Below are positions 1 through 9,800 of a DNA stretch of 64,000 bases, in pieces. Within the stretch, counting starts at the first letter, position 1, and each line of letters begins with the position of its first letter. This DNA comes from an uncultured Bdellovibrionales bacterium (GTDB lineage: Bacteria > Pseudomonadota > Alphaproteobacteria > Micavibrionales > GCA-2720935). Below the pieces are notes generated by a model that made no database searches, had not been told where the DNA came from, and saw only the letters and a program-made list of their open reading frames with translations. The stretch spans positions 489,135 through 553,134 of the forward strand of contig CAYGOD010000002.1 in the NCBI GenBank assembly GCA_964351525.1, read 5' to 3'. Position numbers and translations under genes: made by a program.

Positions 1-111
1 TTTGCGACGCTTTATATCTTTACGCTGATCGGATTGGTTTTAAATTTGATCAGTGATCTGACTTATATGGTGATAGATCCACGCATTGATTTTGATGGGC
101 GTGCAGGGTAA
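1..111 (+). CDS. yejB: ABC peptide-transporter permease, C-terminal fragment (YejB/OppB type; gene starts upstream of window)
   Basis: Frame 1 is open from the window edge to TAA at 109-111. The tail ...[21 protein letters not shown] matches the conserved C-terminus of OppB/DppB/YejB permeases. yejE-yejF follow 5 nt later. Confidence 0.75.
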   Translation, partial: FATLYIFTLIGLVLNLISDLTYMVIDPRIDFDGRAG

Positions 112-116
112 TAGGC

Positions 117-1160
117 ATGGAAAAAATTACAACAAATCCAATAACAAAACGCCGTATTCAAATGTTCAAGGCCAATCGTCGTGGCTATATTTCCATGTGG
201 GTTTTTCTTTTGATATTTTGTTTAACGTTGTGCGCGGAGTTAATTGCGAACGATAAACCGATTGCGATTTTTTATGATGGTGGTTTATATGCGCCGATTG
301 TTGCGCTCTATCCTGAAACAGCATTTGGGGGTGACTTTGAAACCGAGGCTGATTACCGTGATCCTTATGTACAAGAGCTAATTATAAAAAAAAATGGAAC
401 CATTATCTGGCCGCTTATTCGTTATTCTTATGATACAATTAATTATGATCTAACCGTTCCCGCCCCCTCATCACCAAGCTTTCAAAATTGGCTAGGCACA
501 GATGATCAAGGGCGTGATGTGTTGGCTCGCTTAATTTATGGCTTTCGAATATCGGTTGTTTTTGCCTTGGCGTTAACGATTTTAAGCTCAGTGATTGGGG
601 TCATGGCGGGGGCTGTTCAAGGATATTTTGGTGGACGTGTTGATTTATATTTTCAGCGCTTTATTGAGGTTTGGTCTGGTTTGCCTGTTTTATATTTATT
701 GATTATTATGGCGGCGATTATTGAGCCCAGCTTTATGAGTTTGCTTATTTTGATGCTCATTTTTTCTTGGATGGCGTTGGTCGGGGTTGTTAGGGCTGAG
801 TTTTTACGCGCACGTAATTTCGATTATGTGCGTGCGGCCAAAGCATTGGGCGTGTCCGATGTTACAATTATGATACGCCATGTATTACCCAACGCGATGG
901 TCGCTACCATTACGTTTTTGCCGTTTATTGTCACGGGGGCGATTGCGACATTGACCAGTTTGGATTTCCTAGGTTTTGGTATGCCTCCTGGATCACCGTC
1001 TTTGGGTGAAATGGTGGCGCAGGGGAAAAATAACTTACAAGCGCCTTGGCTCGGATTAACAGCATTCTTCACTTTAGCGATTATGTTGAGCTTACTGACC
1101 TTCGTTGGTGAGGCCGTGCGTGACGCCTTTGATCCTCGTAAAACGATAGAGGGTAAGTAA
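117..1160 (+). CDS. yejE: ABC peptide-transporter permease YejE (OppC type)
   Basis: 347-aa ORF. Motifs NWLGTDDQGRDVLARLIYGFRISV, QRFIEVWSGLP and EAVRDAFDPR are typical of YejE/OppC permeases. Multiple hydrophobic segments. Confidence 0.9.
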   Translation: MEKITTNPITKRRIQMFKANRRGYISMWVFLLIFCLTLCAELIANDKPIAIFYDGGLYAPIVALYPETAFGGDFETEADYRDPYVQELIIKKNGTIIWPLIRYSYDTINYDLTVPAPSSPSFQNWLGTDDQGRDVLARLIYGFRISVVFALALTILSSVIGVMAGAVQGYFGGRVDLYFQRFIEVWSGLPVLYLLIIMAAIIEPSFMSLLILMLIFSWMALVGVVRAEFLRARNFDYVRAAKALGVSDVTIMIRHVLPNAMVATITFLPFIVTGAIATLTSLDFLGFGMPPGSPSLGEMVAQGKNNLQAPWLGLTAFFTLAIMLSLLTFVGEAVRDAFDPRKTIEGK

Positions 1161-1161
1161 T

Positions 1162-2754
1162 ATGACCGATCTTGTAACCGTTAAAAAATTATCTATCGAT
1201 TTTAAAACGCCCTCGGGCGTATTTAATGCGGTGCGTGATATTAATTTCACGATTAAAAAAGGTAAGACGCTGGCTTTGGTTGGTGAGTCTGGATCTGGTA
1301 AATCAATTACCGCTTTATCAATTTTAAAATTATTATCACAATCGGCGCATTATCCAATGGGATCAATTACGGTTGAGGGGCAAGATATTTTAAATTCTAC
1401 GGAAGATGTGATGCGCCGTGTGCGTGGCAATAAGATTGGTATCATCTTCCAAGAGCCTATGACATCCTTAAACCCACTTCATACGATTGAACGTCAAATC
1501 GCCGAAGTCTTATTTTTGCATCAACATATGTCGAAGAAAGATGCACATATCCGTGTCTTAGAATTGATGGACTTGGTTGGCTTGTCTGGTTTAAAAGACC
1601 GCTTAAATGCTTTCCCCCATGAATTGTCAGGCGGGCAAAGACAGCGCGTAATGATCGCGATGGCAATTGCCAATGATCCTGAAATCTTGATCGCGGATGA
1701 ACCAACAACGGCATTGGATGTCACGGTGCAGGCACAAATATTGGACTTACTAAAAGACTTGCAAAAGAAAATGGGGATGGCAATTTTACTTATTTCTCAT
1801 GATTTTGGTGTGGTTAAACATATGGCACATGACATATGTGTGATGAAGTCTGGTGATATGGTTGAGGCAGGTACCGCTAAAAACGTTTTAACAAAACCAC
1901 AACATGCCTATACGAAAATGTTGTTGTCATCGATTCCAAAGGGTAGCCCCAGCGCCTATGATAAATTGGCGAAACCAATTTTAACGGCGGATCAGATGAA
2001 GGTATATTTCACTCAAAAGAAAAGCTTCTTTGGTAAGGCTTTAAGCTTTGTGAAGGCCGTTGATGATATTTCTTTTGATTTGCGTCCTGGTGAAACATTG
2101 GGTGTCGTCGGTGAGTCCGGATCGGGCAAGACGACATTGGCCAATGCGATTTTAGGCTTATTGCCAGCACAAGGTCGTGTGCGTTTTAAAGATGATGATT
2201 TATTGCGTATTTCAAGAAAACGCCTACGCCATTTACGCAGCGACATTCAAATTGTTTTTCAAGATCCGTATGGGGCCTTATCGCCGCGTCTATCTGTAGC
2301 ACAAATTATTGCCGAGGGCTTACTTATCCATGAAAAACATCTAAACGCGGAACAGCGTGATTTGCGTGTGGTCGATATTATGGATGAGGTTGGGCTTGAT
2401 CCTGAAACGCGCCACCGTTATCCACATGAATTTTCCGGTGGACAGCGCCAACGTGTATCAATTGCCCGGGCGATGATCTTAAAGCCAAAATTGGTTGTAT
2501 TGGATGAGCCAACCTCAGCCCTTGATCTTACTGTTCAATCACAGATCATAGATTTACTCCGTGATTTACAAAAGAAATATGGCTTGGCCTATATTTTCAT
2601 CAGCCACGATTTGGCCGTTGTGCGCGTTTTGTCACATAATGTGATTGTCATGCAAAATGGTGTGGTTGTCGAAACGGGTGATGTGAATAAGATCTTTGAT
2701 ACGCCAAGGCAAGATTATACAAAGACACTTATCAAGGCCGCACTCGCTCATTAA
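1162..2754 (+). CDS. yejF: ABC transporter ATP-binding protein YejF (two fused ABC cassettes)
   Basis: 530 aa. Walker A GESGSGKS occurs twice, with signatures LSGGQRQR and FSGGQRQR and Walker B ILIADEPT and LVVLDEPT. Starts 1 nt after the yejE stop. Confidence 0.9.
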   Translation: MTDLVTVKKLSIDFKTPSGVFNAVRDINFTIKKGKTLALVGESGSGKSITALSILKLLSQSAHYPMGSITVEGQDILNSTEDVMRRVRGNKIGIIFQEPMTSLNPLHTIERQIAEVLFLHQHMSKKDAHIRVLELMDLVGLSGLKDRLNAFPHELSGGQRQRVMIAMAIANDPEILIADEPTTALDVTVQAQILDLLKDLQKKMGMAILLISHDFGVVKHMAHDICVMKSGDMVEAGTAKNVLTKPQHAYTKMLLSSIPKGSPSAYDKLAKPILTADQMKVYFTQKKSFFGKALSFVKAVDDISFDLRPGETLGVVGESGSGKTTLANAILGLLPAQGRVRFKDDDLLRISRKRLRHLRSDIQIVFQDPYGALSPRLSVAQIIAEGLLIHEKHLNAEQRDLRVVDIMDEVGLDPETRHRYPHEFSGGQRQRVSIARAMILKPKLVVLDEPTSALDLTVQSQIIDLLRDLQKKYGLAYIFISHDLAVVRVLSHNVIVMQNGVVVETGDVNKIFDTPRQDYTKTLIKAALAH

Positions 2755-2778
2755 ATTAGTTCACTAATAAATTTTATT

Positions 2779-4926
2779 TTAAGGATTCATTCCTGCCATT
2801 TTAACGGTTGGCCTATAGCTATTGTTCACTATACGATAATAGGCTTCGCGTGTTGTTGGCTCTGCTCTTTGTATATTTAACGGTTGCGCAACAAAGTCTT
2901 GGACAAGTGACGATAGGTTTGCTTGGTTATCACCACCCACACTATCTAACCATTTCCAATTTCTGTTTTGAAGGCTAAGTCGGGGTGTTTCACTAATATA
3001 ATTAACGCTGACCATATAGGGATTAATTACACCGACGGCATAAGTGTCAATAAACTCTGAAGATTGTAAAAGAATTTGGAATGAAAGTTGTTGGACTTCG
3101 TCAAGTGATAAAAAGCCTTGTTCTTGCTCTTTCTGTTCTAGGTATTTAATCGTCATTGATAAATTTATATTGTCTTTCATTGAATTAAAAAGTTCAGGGC
3201 GCGTATTTTTTTGTTCCCATGCGTAACGCATCTGCCATGAGTGGGCAAAGGCTTCATTAATCAAATTCATTTTCACAGCGTCTTCAATGCTATAAAGATT
3301 TGTGTTTAAGAAATAGACCCCATGTTTTGTTGCTTCGCGTTGTAATTGCGCATGAACAATTTCTTGTACGAGCGAAACTTCCGAAGTGTCGTCGCCTCTC
3401 TCAAAGAATGCTGCGTTCATACTAATAGATTGATGGGAAATATAAGCTGGAGAATTCTCGTAATATGCGGGAATAAAAGCACCAACAATATTGTTTTCCA
3501 TGATGTCTGCGCAAATGGGTGTATCTTGCGAGGCAAAGCCTTCAAAGATTTTTTCCCCTGTTTCTGTTGCTAAAATATTTTCTAAAAAACGCTGGATGTC
3601 TTCATTATATTTTTGATCGGCAACTGTGGCTGCTTTCGTGAAGCCACCTGTTTTATTGTATAGGCAACGCTCATAGCTGTTTTGCACATAGAGGTTAAAG
3701 TCTGTTTTTTGCCATTGTCTGAAGTCTGCTTTATGAAGCGGTCTATCAGGGTTTTTACCATCGGGGGCTGTTGCACGTTCAGACGTAATGTCATAGCCAA
3801 AACGGGATGCATTTTTATGGGCATTATGCAGGTTATCAATACGATTATGTGTTGATTGATATGTTTTTTCTTTTACAGATCCAATTGCATTAAAATCAAG
3901 GCGTGTATTACCATTGTAACTATCCACCGGAATAAGGGCATCAAGGAAAGAGAAGTCTTCGTTCTGCAAGCGTGTATCTTGTACAAGTCCGCCATTCTTT
4001 ATGTATTTTTCGTATATTTTTAAATATTCATTTGTGTCTTTATCGACGCTGTAAGCCGTATCGAAATAAGTGTTAAAGGCTATGATTTTAATATCATATT
4101 CTGATACGCCATTAGCTTCTGCGTACTCGATATTAGCGATGATTTTGGCTGTATCGGGTCTTGCTTTTAGCTCCTCCCAATAAGCATCATACCGTTTGTT
4201 TTCCCACGCATAAAAAACGCTCATTGCCTTGGCGGCCGCTTGCTGTATAAGGTGAAATTTAAGGCCGTCTTCTGGATTGTAAATAAAGAAATGTTGCGCG
4301 TGGATATCATTTTTTAAGGCCTTTTGGAAAATATATGCACGTGTTATTTCTGATATATAAGCAGCCTCTACGCTATCGCCTCTACTCGTTAAAGAACCAT
4401 TTAAGGCGACTTGTAAGCCTTCGTAATTATACGGAACTAATGACATACCAGAGACACCAAACGCGGATAGCTCATCTGATGCCAAATCAAGGGAAATACA
4501 GCTGGCCATGCGCGTTAAGTTCACATTATCTAGTAACTCTTGCCCAGTACGTGTTTTGCGCACTTCTTTTATGATGGACGCAATAATATCGCTGGCCTCT
4601 GGTGCGGGCGCGTATTTTTTGCCTATGGCACAATTATCATAGCTAGTCTGTGCATAAAGATCGATAGACGTATGGCTGTAATTTTGCAATGCAGGGTCTG
4701 GTAAGCGATATTCCCCGGCTATTGATGTTGTGGATAGTGACATAGATGCGATACCGCTGAGCACTAGAACATTAAATCTATTCAATATTTTAGAAAGGGA
4801 TAAGCTGTTTTTCGTGATTTTTTGGCGTGCATGTTTACGCGGTATCGTATTAACGGATCTCTGCGCGCGTTTCTGCATTTCTAAAGCCTTCCTGATTGCT
4901 ATTATCGACGGATGCTTATAATGCAT
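2779..4926 (-). CDS. hypothetical secreted protein with an internally duplicated ~250-aa unit
   Basis: 715-aa ORF with only short shadow ORFs opposite. Basic N-terminus, then a signal-like hydrophobic stretch FNVLVLSGIASMSLSTTSIAG. Two copies of one unit (aa ~89-330 and ~411-660). No family recognised. Confidence 0.7.
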   Translation of the reverse strand: MHYKHPSIIAIRKALEMQKRAQRSVNTIPRKHARQKITKNSLSLSKILNRFNVLVLSGIASMSLSTTSIAGEYRLPDPALQNYSHTSIDLYAQTSYDNCAIGKKYAPAPEASDIIASIIKEVRKTRTGQELLDNVNLTRMASCISLDLASDELSAFGVSGMSLVPYNYEGLQVALNGSLTSRGDSVEAAYISEITRAYIFQKALKNDIHAQHFFIYNPEDGLKFHLIQQAAAKAMSVFYAWENKRYDAYWEELKARPDTAKIIANIEYAEANGVSEYDIKIIAFNTYFDTAYSVDKDTNEYLKIYEKYIKNGGLVQDTRLQNEDFSFLDALIPVDSYNGNTRLDFNAIGSVKEKTYQSTHNRIDNLHNAHKNASRFGYDITSERATAPDGKNPDRPLHKADFRQWQKTDFNLYVQNSYERCLYNKTGGFTKAATVADQKYNEDIQRFLENILATETGEKIFEGFASQDTPICADIMENNIVGAFIPAYYENSPAYISHQSISMNAAFFERGDDTSEVSLVQEIVHAQLQREATKHGVYFLNTNLYSIEDAVKMNLINEAFAHSWQMRYAWEQKNTRPELFNSMKDNINLSMTIKYLEQKEQEQGFLSLDEVQQLSFQILLQSSEFIDTYAVGVINPYMVSVNYISETPRLSLQNRNWKWLDSVGGDNQANLSSLVQDFVAQPLNIQRAEPTTREAYYRIVNNSYRPTVKMAGMNP

Positions 4927-4943
4927 CTCTTGATCTTATAAAG

Positions 4944-4972
4944 ATAATAAACTTTTCATAACTATATGTCAA
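4944..4972 (-). promoter_or_regulatory. putative sigma70-type promoter of the 715-aa gene
   Basis: Minus strand TTGACA (4972-4967), 17 nt, TATTAT (4949-4944). The -10 ends 17 nt before the ATG at 4926. A chance match is possible in AT-rich DNA. Confidence 0.4.
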
Positions 4973-5065
4973 ATGATAATTTTATTACTTAATTAGTATT
5001 GTTTATATAGTAAAGGAACTCAAGCGAGAATTTGGATAAAAACCAAGAAAGCCAGTAATGAGCAT

Positions 5066-5099
5066 AAAAAAGAGCCCTATTCTCAATGAATAGGGCTCT
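5066..5099 (-). terminator. rho-independent terminator downstream of rpsU (hairpin usable in both directions)
   Basis: Perfect 12-bp inverted repeat AGAGCCCTATTC / GAATAGGGCTCT (5071-5082 / 5088-5099) with a 5-nt loop. On the minus strand it is followed by TTTTT (5070-5066). It lies 67 nt after the rpsU stop. Confidence 0.7.
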
Positions 5100-5166
5100 T
5101 TATAATTATTTTCACTCAATTTGATTGTTTATATCGTATGCAACGAATCAAATATCAGCAATTATT

Positions 5167-5370
5167 CTAGTCTTTGTTCGTGTTGCGACGTGCGCGACGA
5201 ACTGCTTCTGATTTCTCGCGTTTGCGTTTTTCAGATGGCTTTTCGAAATGTTTGCGGGCTCTCGCTTCGCGGAATAGACCTTCACGCTGTGCTTTTTTCT
5301 TTAGCGCGCGTAGAGCCTGTTCAACATTATTATCTCTTACTGTTACCTGTACTATGGGAATCACCACCAT
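5167..5370 (-). CDS. rpsU: 30S ribosomal protein bS21
   Basis: 67-aa [28 protein letters not shown]...[15 protein letters not shown] is the bS21 signature. The exact start (ATG 5370 or a downstream GTG) is uncertain. Confidence 0.85.
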   Translation of the reverse strand: MVVIPIVQVTVRDNNVEQALRALKKKAQREGLFREARARKHFEKPSEKRKREKSEAVRRARRNTNKD

Positions 5371-5451
5371 TCTTGCGTACGTTAAATTAAATTCTAATCT
5401 TTTAAGTATCAGACTAATAGATGAAAAAAAAGTAAAAACTGTTACTTATCA

Positions 5452-6051
5452 TCACCTTTTAGCTATTTTTTCTAAATAATAGTTTCGTTTTATAATGATT
5501 TTATCAATCATGCGTGTGAAGCTAGTGTGTGGTGTTGTTTCTTTGGCTTCTTTAAGTGTAAACCAACGCCCACCCAAAACCTCTTCTTCTTGCAAGACGG
5601 GAGCCTCGTCTTCATTGGCAATGACAAGGCAGCGCATATCATAATGTGTATGGGCTGGCACAACATCACCATTTTTTGTATTTTCAGGGATAGGGTGTAC
5701 ATCTATGTCAAAAATTTCAGGTATAGTGATCAGATCGACTAAACCCGTTTCTTCTTCTGTCTCACGGGTGCCTACATCAATAAAATCTGGTGACCCTTCT
5801 GCGTGTCCACCAGGGTTAATCCAAATATTCAATTTTTTATGATGAATAAGAAAAACTTTTGTTAGGTCCTTATTTACGACTAGGGCAGAGCCAGTGATAT
5901 GGCCTGTTAAATTTTCACGTGAGAAAGGGATGTCTACCTGGGATAGTAGGCTGAGGACTTTATCCTTATGGGCGCCTTCTGTTTCATCATAGGGGCTATA
6001 GTCTTCAAGAACCATTTTGAAGTCATTCATTGTTTTTATAATCATTGGCAT
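5452..6051 (-). CDS. Nudix-family hydrolase
   Basis: 199 aa. Nudix-box-like GGHAEGSPDFIDVGTRETEEETGL. Shares HHKKLxxWINPGGH with the adjacent gene. Confidence 0.8.
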   Translation of the reverse strand: MPMIIKTMNDFKMVLEDYSPYDETEGAHKDKVLSLLSQVDIPFSRENLTGHITGSALVVNKDLTKVFLIHHKKLNIWINPGGHAEGSPDFIDVGTRETEEETGLVDLITIPEIFDIDVHPIPENTKNGDVVPAHTHYDMRCLVIANEDEAPVLQEEEVLGGRWFTLKEAKETTPHTSFTRMIDKIIIKRNYYLEKIAKR

Positions 6052-6062
6052 TTCTTTTTAAA

Positions 6063-6695
6063 TTAGATATTAAGTTTTAAAGTGGCACCTCTGGCGCGGC
6101 GTGCCTTTAGGGCTTTTATTTTTGGAACAATTCGTCTGAAGCTAGATTTATTAGAGGTCTTAACCAGATCGTCAATTTTGACCCATTTATAGTCACCAAC
6201 TTCGCGGTCTGCAAGGGTAATTTTTTCACTCATATCACCGATAACCAAGATGGCTGTATCATAATCGGCTTCTTCAGATTTGTGCGGCACTTTGGTTTTG
6301 ACGTGGCTCATTTTACCTCTTTTAACGATATAGTCATAGCAATGGAGGTCTAAGAAACCAGCAACTGGCCTTAAGTTTTTAAGACCCGTTTCTTCTAAAA
6401 CTTCCATCAGGGCGGTTTCATGAACCGACTCTAAATCATCACAATGTCCACCTGGGTTAATCCAAACCCCTAATTTTTTATGTTTTATAAGCAATGTGTG
6501 CGTCATCGCTGGATTAACGATAAAGGCGGTTGCTGTAAAATGTTTGGGTGTTGCGTATCGATTAAAGGGTTTTTCTTGACCTCGAATGAGAGCGATAAAG
6601 CGCTGTCTGTTTTTCTCTTCTTCACGGTCAAAAGGCGTGTACGCGATAAGCGCACGCAAGAAAGCGTTTTTTGTCTTTGGATATGATGTGATCAT
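6063..6695 (-). CDS. Nudix-family hydrolase (tandem paralogue)
   Basis: 210 aa. Nudix box GHCDDLESVHETALMEVLEETGL (R of RE replaced by M). Same N-terminal architecture as 5452-6051. Confidence 0.8.
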   Translation of the reverse strand: MITSYPKTKNAFLRALIAYTPFDREEEKNRQRFIALIRGQEKPFNRYATPKHFTATAFIVNPAMTHTLLIKHKKLGVWINPGGHCDDLESVHETALMEVLEETGLKNLRPVAGFLDLHCYDYIVKRGKMSHVKTKVPHKSEEADYDTAILVIGDMSEKITLADREVGDYKWVKIDDLVKTSNKSSFRRIVPKIKALKARRARGATLKLNI

Positions 6696-6862
6696 AAAAT
6701 AAGCCTTAAGTTTTTTGTATGAACTATTATAACATATCGAGGTTCTTAAATGCCACTATTTTGATTCATAAAACGACGATCAGTATTTTGTCTTTGCTCT
6801 AAAATGAGTTATATTATGCCCTATAAGAATAATAAAATAACAGTTCAGGAGCAAGATCGCCC

Positions 6863-9800
6863 ATGGGAATGGCCTTAAAAGACGTAACACTTGATGATAA
6901 ATACCGCTTTGATAAAGAGCGCGTTTATTTAAACGGCATCCAAGCTCTTGTGCGTTTACCCCTTATGCAACGTTTTCAAGATCAAGCACACGGGTTAAAA
7001 ACAGCGGGCTTTATCTCTGGTTATCGCGGGTCACCATTGGGGGGCTACGACCTTTATCTCTCACAAGCGCAAAAATTCTTAAAAGAACAAGATATTCACT
7101 TTCAACCGGGCTTAAACGAAGATATTGCCCTGACGACTGTATGGGGCTCACAACAGGTTGCTTTGCGTCCGCAAAATATGACCCATGATGGTGTATTTGG
7201 AATTTGGTATGGTAAGGGACCTGGCGTTGACCGCTCTTTAGATGCACTCAAGCATGCGAATGCCGCTGGTACACATGCTAATGGCGGTGTCTTACTACTT
7301 GCCGGTGACGATCATTCTTGTAAGTCCTCAACATTTCCCCATCAATCAGAACAGGCCTTAATTCATTGTTTCGTGCCGATGTTAAACCCATCATCAATCC
7401 AAGATATTTTGGATATGGGGTTATTTGGTATCGCGATGAGCCGTTACTCTGGCCTATGGGTTGGTTTTAAATGCCTTGGCGACACGATGGATTCTAGTGC
7501 GTCCGTTTATGCGCGCCATGAAAAAATTGATTTTAAAATACCTACCGATTTTGAGATGCCAGAGGGTGGTTTATCTATTCGCTGGCCTGATACGGGCGTT
7601 GCCCAAGAGGCGCGTTTGCTCAATTACAAATTGCCTGCCGCCAAAGCCTTCGCGCGTGCCAATAATATCGATAAAGTAACCTACGAGAGTAAAAAACCGT
7701 CCTTGGGGATCGTGACAACAGGTAAAGCTTATAATGATGTTATGCAAGCTTTGCGCGTCATGGATATGGAGTGGGAAGATGTTGAGCGTCTTGGTATTTC
7801 CATTTATAAGGTTGGCATGGTATGGCCCCTTGAGGATCAAGGATTAAAAGAGTTCGCCAAAGATAAACAAGCCTTGTTTGTTGTTGAAGAAAAGCGCGGA
7901 TTAATCGAGGATCAGGCAAAATCAGCCCTGTATGGTATGAAAAATGCCCCCGAAATTGTTGGTAAAAAGACACAGGATGGTTCTGTTTTATTACCTGATT
8001 ATTACGAGATAACACCTTATATGATTGCCGAGGGCATCATGGGGCTTCTAAAGCGTCTTAAGGTGAGCAAGAAACAAGATCTATCGGTTTTTGAGAAATC
8101 AATGAAAGCCCTTAGCGCCTCAGAAGATCGTTTGACCGAAAATTCACCCATTGCACGTACTCCTTATTATTGTTCTGGTTGCCCGCATAACACATCAACC
8201 AAAGTACCAGAGGGCAGTCGTGCCATGGCGGGTATTGGGTGTCATTACATGGCAACATGGATTGACAATAATACCTCTACCTTTACGCAAATGGGCGGTG
8301 AGGGAACACCGTGGATTGGACAATCACCATTTTTAAATGAAGATCATATCTTTGCCAATTTGGGCGATGGTACCTATCAGCATTCTGGCCTAATGGCGAT
8401 CCGCGCAGCATGTGCGGCGTCTTATGATGGCAAGAAAACAGGGCAAGATTTCAATATTACCTATAAAGTTTTGTATAATGACGCGGTGGCAATGACCGGT
8501 GGTCAAGATGTTGAGGGTCAATTAAGCGTTGATCAAATTTCACGCCAAGTTGCCGCCGAGGGTGTCACAAAAATCGTTGTGGTCAGCGATGATATTGAAA
8601 AATATGCGATTAAACTAGACGGCGTTGCATGGAACTTTGCAGATACGACGGAATTTTATCATCGTTCAGACTTGATGCGTGTTCAAAAAATGTTGCGTGA
8701 TACGAAAGGCGTATCGGTAATGATCTATGATCAAACCTGTGCCGCAGAAAAACGCCGTCGTCGTAAGCGCGGTAAAATGTATGACCCAATTAAACGCGTG
8801 ATGATCAATGAACAAGTTTGTGAGGGTTGCGGCGATTGTGGTAAGAAATCAAATTGTGTATCAATCTTGCCCGTTGAAACCGAATATGGCCGTAAACGCC
8901 AAATTGATCAATCTAGCTGTAATAAAGATTATTCATGCGTTGATGGTTTTTGCCCTAGTTTTGTGACAATTGAGGGTACGGATTTGAAGAAACCTAAACC
9001 TTCCGCAGACCAATCTATTGATGCGAAATTATCAGACTTACCAGAGCCTAAAAAACATGACCTGAAAAAAGGCAATTGGTCTATCTTGTTGACTGGTATA
9101 GGCGGTACAGGCGTTGTGACCATTGGTGCTTTATTGGCAATGGCGGCGCATTTAGAAGGCAAAGGCGGTCAAACTATGGATCAGATCGGCTTGGCCCAAA
9201 AAGGCGGCGCGGTCATGACTCATATTCGCTTTGGTGAAAAACCAGAGAATATTTTCACCGCAAAAATTGGTGTTGGTCAGGCCGATGTGATTATGGGCTC
9301 TGATATGGTTGTGACATCTGGCGGTGCGGTTTTATCGACACTGAAGAAACAAAAAACCGTCTGTATTTTAAACAGTAACGTCATGCCAACGGGTGACTTT
9401 ACCAAAATGCCTGATTTACAAATTCCCGATCAACTTATGCTGGATATTATTAAGGATGCGGTTGGTGAAGAATTTGTTCATACATTACCAATTACTCATT
9501 TGGCAACGGCCTTGTTGGGTAACTCAATTGCGACCAATATTTTTCTTGTTGGCTATGCCTATCAAAAGGGTCTGATACCACTCGAATTTTCATCTATTAT
9601 GCGCGCCATTGAACTAAACGGCGTTGCGGTTGAGATGAATAAGCGTGCCTTTGCATGGGGACGTTTAGCGGCAGAAGAGTTAGAAACAGTTATGATTGCG
9701 GCAAAGCCAAAGCAAGATGTTAAGCTTGCCACATACCGTGAAAAATCAGCCACAGTGGAAGATAAAGTGACACGCCGCGTTGCGATGTTAACCGACTATC

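Noticed and set aside
5121-5479. Plus-strand ORFs of 89 and 101 aa overlapping rpsU.
   Set aside because: The minus-strand frame encodes an unmistakable bS21. The plus-strand products are Cys/Arg/Leu-rich nonsense with no Shine-Dalgarno site.
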